From Pirellulaceae bacterium (GTDB taxonomy: Bacteria; Planctomycetota; Planctomycetia; Pirellulales; Pirellulaceae), in assembly GCA_041753315.1 (NCBI GenBank), contig JBGSUV010000142.1, positions 139-64,138 on the forward strand: a stretch of DNA of 64,000 bases, written 5' to 3'. Below, piece by piece: positions 58,156-64,000 of this stretch. The notes below the pieces were generated by a model. That model had not been told where the DNA came from, ran no database searches, and worked only from the letters and a program-made list of their open reading frames with translations. A program made the translations under genes and the position numbers. How positions within the stretch are numbered: position 1 is the stretch's first letter; every line of letters begins with the position of its first letter.

Positions 58156-58469
58156 GGTGGTGGTTCTTTGACGAGAGACATTAGTGCTGATCTTGAGTAA
58201 TCTGTTCTTTGCGCTCTAACGGCCTCATTCCGCAGGGATTCAAGCGAAAAGCTCGCATTCAAGTGGTTGAGTACGCTCCGCGCTGGGCCTCAGCGATGCC
58301 GTGGCGACCTGCTTAATAACCGCTTTCATTCAGCGATTGTAACGACCTTATCCCCCCACAATCAGCAGCGGAACGGTGACCTGGGAAAGTTGGGGGGCCG
58401 ATGTTATTCTTACGTCTCCGGTTCGCTCGGACTCTGTTTCGATTCACACTTTGAACGTTAAGTATTGGT

Positions 58470-59429
58470 ATGCCTGCTATTGACTCGTTTCTCGGAAAAA
58501 TCCACCAAGGAGATTGCTTGGAGGGACTGCGCGGTATGCCGGATGAATGCGTCGACTTGGCCTTTGCCGATCCGCCTTTTAACATTGGCTACAAATATGA
58601 CGAGTACGACGATCGACTCGACTCGGTGAGATACCTTGAATGGTCGGCCTTATGGATGCAAGAGATTAAGCGAGTGCTCAAAAAAACGGGGACGTTTTGG
58701 TTGGCGATTGGTGATGAGTACGCGGCGGAGCTCAAAGTCGAGGCAACAAAACTGGGCTTTCACACGCGGAATTGGGTCATATGGTATTACACGTTTGGCG
58801 TTCATTGCAAAGCCAAGTTCACTCGTTCGCATGCGCATCTGTTCTACTTCGTAAAGGATCCAGAGACATTTACGTTTAACGTTGATGCCATTGCGGTTCC
58901 CTCCGCGCGGCAATTGGTGTACAGCGATAAACGCGCTAATCCGAAAGGACGCATACCGGATGATACATGGATCTTGCGTCCCCAGGATTGCGATGGCTTC
59001 TTGTCCGAAGAGGATACTTGGTATTTTCCGCGCGTGGCCGGCACGTTCAAAGAGCGCGCCGGCTTCCATGGTTGTCAGATGCCAGAACAATTGCTTGGAC
59101 GGATCGTTCGCGCTTGTTCGCTCGAAGGTGATCTAGTTATCGACCCGTTTTCTGGTAGTTCGACAACATTGACTGTTGCCAAAAAGCTTGGCCGGAATTA
59201 TTTCGGTTTTGAATTGTCGAAGGAGTATGTCAAGCTTGGTACCCAGCGTTTAGAGGCTGCCCAAGTGGGAGATCGGCTCGAAGGTGGAGAGGAGCCAAAA
59301 GTCTCCGCGCCGTCCACGGCTACGGCCAAAAACCTTCAGTCAACCAGGAAGAAACGCAAGGCTGCGAAGAAACAAGGAATAGTTTTGAAAGCTCAATTGC
59401 CGCTGGATTACGGCGATGCTTCGACATAG
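58470..59429 (+). CDS. N4/N6 DNA methyltransferase, beta class, no cognate endonuclease visible
   Basis: DPPF (motif IV) precedes DPFSGS (motif I); GDCL N-terminus. Confidence 0.9.
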   Translation: MPAIDSFLGKIHQGDCLEGLRGMPDECVDLAFADPPFNIGYKYDEYDDRLDSVRYLEWSALWMQEIKRVLKKTGTFWLAIGDEYAAELKVEATKLGFHTRNWVIWYYTFGVHCKAKFTRSHAHLFYFVKDPETFTFNVDAIAVPSARQLVYSDKRANPKGRIPDDTWILRPQDCDGFLSEEDTWYFPRVAGTFKERAGFHGCQMPEQLLGRIVRACSLEGDLVIDPFSGSSTTLTVAKKLGRNYFGFELSKEYVKLGTQRLEAAQVGDRLEGGEEPKVSAPSTATAKNLQSTRKKRKAAKKQGIVLKAQLPLDYGDAST

Positions 59430-59676
59430 CCTAAGCCTTTGATGCTGCAAGGATCAATTGCGCAAACAAACATCTGGACTTGATGATTAAATGGGCAGCG
59501 ACGATAGAAGCTCCGCTTTGGGCTTTGACCAGTGGATGCAGCGAGTCGTGGCGTCCGCCGGGACAAGCCCGGAGCGGAGGCCCCCCCGAGGACAAGCTTT
59601 TATTCTTGATGCAGCCGCTGTAGCCGCCAGTTGTTCGCTCCGACCGGGACGAGCCCGGCGGAAGCGAATTTTAATT

Positions 59677-59942
59677 GCCCTAAGCCCTAAGCCCTAAGCC
59701 CTAAGCCCTAAGCCCTAAGCCCTAAGCCCTAAGCCCTAAGCACTAAGCACTAAGAACTAAGCACTAAGCACTAAGCACTAAGAACTAAGAACTAAGAACT
59801 AAGAACTAAGAACTAAGAACTAAGAACTTACCGCTTACCGCTTACCGCTTACCGCTTACCGCTTACCGCTTACAGCTTACAGCTTACCGCTTACCACTTA
59901 CCACTTACCACTTACCACTTACCGCTTACCGCTTACAACTTA
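59677..59942. repeat. 38-unit heptamer tandem repeat
   Basis: GCCCTAA x9, mixed GCACTAA/GAACTAA x12, GAACTTA x1, C(C/A)(G/A)CTTA x16; 266 bp = 38 x 7. Confidence 0.95.
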
Positions 59943-60907
59943 CTGGCTGAGGGTTTGAAGAGCTTGCGCCCGATGGCTGGGTTGAAGGAGGTCCACTCGC
60001 TGTCGGAGTTGCGGTCGGATTCGATGAGCTCGGAAGCTTGATTGACTTTGGCATCCATGTCGTCAATATAGGCCAGCACGATGGCTTCGATGGTCATCGG
60101 GATCTTTGGGCTGCCATGCTCGAGCTGGCCGTGATGGCTGGCGATCATGTGTTGCAAACGCCACAAGAGATGCTCGGGCAAGGCTTGTCCGGTCTCTTTT
60201 TCAATGCGTGCAGCGCGGCGATCCAGTTCGACGATGCCTTGCACCAGGTGACCGAGAAGCTGGCCTGGATCGGAGTACGATAGCTCGCCATCGAAGCAGA
60301 GTTCTTCCAGTTTGCCGAGATCGTGGAGGAAGACACCGACGAGCAGCATTTCGCGATCGAGTTGCGGGTAATGCGGTGCGACGGCATCCGCAATCCGGAG
60401 TAGATCCAGCACGTGCCGGAGCAGACCGCCTTCATAAGCATGGTGCGTTTTAATTCCCGCAGGGGCTCGACGCAACTTGTCCATCAAACGTTCGTCGGAC
60501 AGATACGACGCAACAATGCGTTTGAGGTGGGGGTTGGTGACGCTGCCCAACTTGGCCTTCAATTCGTCGACCAATTGCATGGCTTCGACTGGACTGGTCT
60601 TGGCAAAATCTTCGACGTTCACTTTGGCGGCTGGGACGGTCTCAAAATCCTGGACGATGATCTGCAGCGTGCCATTGTGGAGCTGGGTGGTCCCCACAAC
60701 TCTCAGGTAGTCCCCCTTTTGAAATGTTTCGTATTCGGACTGGCCCGAGTTCCAGCGTAGTCCACTGATTTGCCCAGAACGATCCATCAATTGAAGAAGC
60801 AGGTAGTCGTTTCCTTGGCGATTCGCACGCACTTGTTTGTCAATTGCCCTATAGATCTCGTCAACGGAATCACGAGCTTGCAAATCTGCGATAAACTGAC
60901 GATGCAT
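59933..60907 (-). CDS. yhaM: OB-fold + HD domain 3'-5' exoribonuclease, YhaM/Cbf1 family
   Basis: N-terminal OB fold; HHAY, HDLGK and SHHG motifs; start at 60907 (MHRQF). Confidence 0.88.
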   Translation of the reverse strand: MHRQFIADLQARDSVDEIYRAIDKQVRANRQGNDYLLLQLMDRSGQISGLRWNSGQSEYETFQKGDYLRVVGTTQLHNGTLQIIVQDFETVPAAKVNVEDFAKTSPVEAMQLVDELKAKLGSVTNPHLKRIVASYLSDERLMDKLRRAPAGIKTHHAYEGGLLRHVLDLLRIADAVAPHYPQLDREMLLVGVFLHDLGKLEELCFDGELSYSDPGQLLGHLVQGIVELDRRAARIEKETGQALPEHLLWRLQHMIASHHGQLEHGSPKIPMTIEAIVLAYIDDMDAKVNQASELIESDRNSDSEWTSFNPAIGRKLFKPSASKL

Positions 60908-61173
60908 GGAGAGCCTAACTTGGATCGAGTCGAACATGAAAAAGTGGTTTCGGTAGATTCTAACGGTTGTAGCGTCAGAAGTTCAGCCCTGGCGGTTTAA
61001 AGTCGAAGTTCGAGACTTTGGTCAATTTGTCGTAAGAATTTTGGCTGGACGTGCATCTATGGAACAGCCTTGAGCAATTTCCTGATTACTGAGTGACGCT
61101 CCATTAGAAGGAGAGTCATGGCGTGTTGGTGTCAATCGACGTACTGTTGCATTTTTCGTAAGGGCCTTGTTCC

Positions 61174-63846
61174 GTGAAAAATTGGATGAATCGACTTTTC
61201 TGGGCAATTTGCCGCCTACTCCTGAGCTTTCGATACCAGACGACTGTCAGCGGACTTGAACAACTGAAGACACTTACCGGGCCAACGCTGGTGTTACCCA
61301 ATCACCCAGCGTACATCGACCCGCCACTGATCTCGAGTCACATTCGGTTGCATAAGCCATTGCGTCCGCTGGTCTTTTCCGGAACCTATCGCATGCCTGG
61401 CGTACGTCCGCTGATGAGTTTGGTGGATGCCTTCGAGGTCCCCGACATGTCGGCGCATAGCCGCGATGCGCAGGCTAAAGTGCTGGCTATGATCGACTCG
61501 GTGGTTGAGCGATTGAACGCAGGCGATTGCATGTTGATCTATCCTTCCGGCCGATTGCAGCGCGGCAATCAAGAAGTTGTAGGAGCTGCGCGGGCGGTAC
61601 ACGAGATCGTGGCACGCTGTCCGCAAGTCAACGTCGTCTTGGTGCGCACGCGTGGGGTCTGGGGGAGCATGTTCAGTTGCGCCGAAACCGGTGCACCTCC
61701 CAAACTTGGTGGTCGAGTGCGCAGTGCAATTGGTTGGGTATGTGCAAGCTTATTCTTTTTCTTACCAAGACGCCCGGTGACCATGGTGGTTGAAGTGATC
61801 AACCGCAGCGACCTGCCACTCGATAGTCGAGAAGAGTTCAATTCATTCTTGGAGCGTTGGTACAACGCCGATGGTGGCCAAGAGCCGCTGTTTGTTCGCT
61901 ACCATCATTTCATGGGGCCAACCGAAGGAAAGTATGGCACTGGCCCCACTGCAACGGAAATCGATCTGGTAAAGATTAAGCCTAAGACGATTCACCTGGT
62001 GAATGAGTTGGTGCAATCGCATCTCGGTCGCCACTTAAATGCCGACGAGTTGGGGCCTGAAACGAAGCTGGAAGCAATTGGACTCGATAGTCTCGATCGA
62101 ATGGATTTGGCGCTGAAGATTGAACAACAGTTTGGTTTTCGCAGCAATTCAATCTCCGCTAACTTGGGTGGGCTTTGGGCCCTGGCCGATGGTCAGCTTG
62201 ATCCAGCAGACGATACGATTGCATTGGCACCACCGGCATGGTTGGACGAGCAAGCGAAGCTGACAACGGAGAGTTCGGGTGAAAGACCGTCTGTTTTGGC
62301 GGAGACAATTGCTGAAGCCTTTGTGCGTCGAGTGCTGAAGCAACCGAACCGAGTGGCTGCGGCGGATGCCGTGTCGGGAGTCTTAACCTATCGTCGGATG
62401 TACGTGGCGGCCAAGTTGATGTCGTTGCGTTTCGCGAAGTTGAAGGAGTCGCATGTCGGGCTCATGTTGCCTGCTTCGGTAGCCGCGGATATCGCTTTTT
62501 TTGCACTGCAACTTGCGGGCAAAACACCGGTAATGATGAACTGGACGACCGGTCCTGCCAACTTGGCCCACGGTGCGGCTCATACTGGGACCAAACATGT
62601 GGTCACCTCGCGGAAAATGATTGATCGGTTGGGCATCGAGGTTCCTGGTACCGAGTATGTCTACTTGGAAGACATCAAGTCGGGGATCAAGAAAATGGAG
62701 GCGATTTTCGGCCTGCTAGAAACCTACGTATTCCCATCGCGGTTGTTAAAGCGACTTCCGGTGCAACAGCCCGATGAACCGGCTGTGTTCCTATTCACTT
62801 CGGGATCGGAGAATGTGCCTAAGACCGTTCCACTCACTCATCGGAATCTGATCGTCAATATCGGTGATGGACTCGACGTATTACAAGTCGATGGACATGA
62901 TTCATTGTTGGGGTTCCTGCCGCCGTTTCACAGCTTTGGAATGACAGGCAACCTGTTGTTGGCCCACTTGGCTGGTATTCCATGCGTGCGTTATGCAGAT
63001 CCAACCGATGCGGCAGGCCTTGCTCGCACGATCGCCGCTTATCAGCCCACCATGTTGTTCACGACACCGACGTTTTTGGGATACATTCTGTCGGCTTGCC
63101 GAGGAGAAGAGCTAAAGAGTCTGCGTAAAATCATCACGGGAGCTGAAAAATGTCCCGAAGCCGTCTTCCGCCAGTGCGCAGAACTGGCACCGCAGGCAAC
63201 CATTCTGGAAGGATATGGTATTACCGAATGTTCACCCGTCGTCTCAGCCAACCGCATCGGTAATACCAAGTTGGGAACTGTGGGGAAACCGGTGAAGAGT
63301 GTCGAAGTTTGTATCGTCGACATGGATACCGATGGACTGGTCGAGCAGGGTGGGACGGGGATGTTGTTGGTCAAAGGGCCATCGATTTTTAACGGCTATT
63401 TTAATCACGCCGGTGATTCGCCTTTTGTTGAACGCGATGGAACGCATTGGTACAAAACGGGTGACCTGGTGGCTATGGATGAAGATGGCTTCTTACATTT
63501 CAAGGGGCGGCTCAAGCGATTCTTAAAAGCGGGTGGTGAAATGATTTCGTTGCCAGCGCTCGAGGAACCGTTTGCCCGGGCCTACCCACCGGATGAGCAA
63601 GGCCCACGCGTCGCCGTCGAAGGTGTAGAAACGGAAGATGGCAGGCACATCGTGTTGTTCACCCGAGAAGAGTTGACATTGCGCCAGGCAGGCGAATTGT
63701 TGTTGAATGCCGGACTTCGAGGTGTCATGCGGTTGGATGAGGTGCGACGAGTTGAAGCGATTCCCGTGTTGGGGACTGGAAAGACGGACTACAAGGAGTT
63801 GAGAAAGCAAGTAGAAGCAGCCATCAAACTAGAAGCTAAGGGCTAA
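61174..63846 (+). CDS. Aas-like fusion: PlsC acyltransferase + acyl carrier domain + AMP-binding acyl-ACP synthetase
   Basis: NHPAYID, GLDSLDRM, FTSGSENVPK, YGITE and TGD motifs. Confidence 0.88.
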   Translation: MKNWMNRLFWAICRLLLSFRYQTTVSGLEQLKTLTGPTLVLPNHPAYIDPPLISSHIRLHKPLRPLVFSGTYRMPGVRPLMSLVDAFEVPDMSAHSRDAQAKVLAMIDSVVERLNAGDCMLIYPSGRLQRGNQEVVGAARAVHEIVARCPQVNVVLVRTRGVWGSMFSCAETGAPPKLGGRVRSAIGWVCASLFFFLPRRPVTMVVEVINRSDLPLDSREEFNSFLERWYNADGGQEPLFVRYHHFMGPTEGKYGTGPTATEIDLVKIKPKTIHLVNELVQSHLGRHLNADELGPETKLEAIGLDSLDRMDLALKIEQQFGFRSNSISANLGGLWALADGQLDPADDTIALAPPAWLDEQAKLTTESSGERPSVLAETIAEAFVRRVLKQPNRVAAADAVSGVLTYRRMYVAAKLMSLRFAKLKESHVGLMLPASVAADIAFFALQLAGKTPVMMNWTTGPANLAHGAAHTGTKHVVTSRKMIDRLGIEVPGTEYVYLEDIKSGIKKMEAIFGLLETYVFPSRLLKRLPVQQPDEPAVFLFTSGSENVPKTVPLTHRNLIVNIGDGLDVLQVDGHDSLLGFLPPFHSFGMTGNLLLAHLAGIPCVRYADPTDAAGLARTIAAYQPTMLFTTPTFLGYILSACRGEELKSLRKIITGAEKCPEAVFRQCAELAPQATILEGYGITECSPVVSANRIGNTKLGTVGKPVKSVEVCIVDMDTDGLVEQGGTGMLLVKGPSIFNGYFNHAGDSPFVERDGTHWYKTGDLVAMDEDGFLHFKGRLKRFLKAGGEMISLPALEEPFARAYPPDEQGPRVAVEGVETEDGRHIVLFTREELTLRQAGELLLNAGLRGVMRLDEVRRVEAIPVLGTGKTDYKELRKQVEAAIKLEAKG

Positions 63847-63851
63847 GGTCA

Positions 63852-64000
63852 ATGATCGATTTGATCAATATTTCGAAATCGTTCAACAAATCGCCAGTAT
63901 TGCAGCCGATGTCGCTGTCGATCGAAACGGGTAAGACAGCTGTGCTGATTGGCCCGAGCGGTTGTGGCAAATCGACCCTGTTGCGAGTGTTGATCGGCTT
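63852..64000 (+). CDS. ABC transporter ATP-binding protein (5' part, cut by the window end)
   Basis: MIDLINISKSF...GPSGCGKSTLL Walker A. Confidence 0.85.
   Translation, partial: MIDLINISKSFNKSPVLQPMSLSIETGKTAVLIGPSGCGKSTLLRVLIG

Noticed and set aside
57411-58229. 10-mers CGCGGCCTCA (57411) and CGGCCTCATT (58220) shared with the CRISPR repeat
   Set aside because: No stem or handle context; length is at chance level
59677-59739. (TTAGGGC)n as eukaryotic telomere contamination
   Set aside because: It is in phase with other heptamer variants and continuous with bacterial genes on both sides

Overview
Bacterial chromosomal DNA whose gene content and protein motifs point to a planctomycete, probably Pirellulaceae-like (inference, e.g. 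the LEARNLLA extracellular motif and the DUF1573/multiheme cluster). 1-27 kb and 58-64 kb are mostly housekeeping genes (fdhF/ydeP-like, purD, wecA-like, proS, aroF, pdxJ, dapA, mgtE, two TlpA redoxins, yhaM-like, aas-like) interspersed with GTAG-type REP hairpins. 28-57 kb is accessory. It holds a large RTX/Ig-repeat surface protein and a type I-G (I-U) CRISPR-Cas island: cas7/csb1-csb2-cas3-cas8g on +, and cas2-cas4/1-leader-array (34 repeats, 33 spacers) on -. The island also carries two toxin-antitoxin-like pairs and is preceded by a collapsed, co-linear relic copy of itself. Best candidate for an undescribed system: a solitary CRISPR repeat variant at 41995-42030. It lies 41 nt upstream of, and co-directional with, a BrnT-like toxin/HTH antitoxin pair. 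Its spacer-like 3' flank matches a TTA-PAM-flanked site about 80 bp upstream of cas7 at 9 of the first 10 positions, the tenth being a possible U-G wobble. This suggests a crRNA-like RNA that both autoregulates the cas operon and forms the leader of a toxin transcript. Other notable observations are a Phe/Tyr leader-peptide attenuator upstream of aroF, a repeat-flanked GxxExxY cassette, and a 38-unit heptamer tract with stepwise unit drift. All product calls come from motif recognition by eye; no database searches were run.
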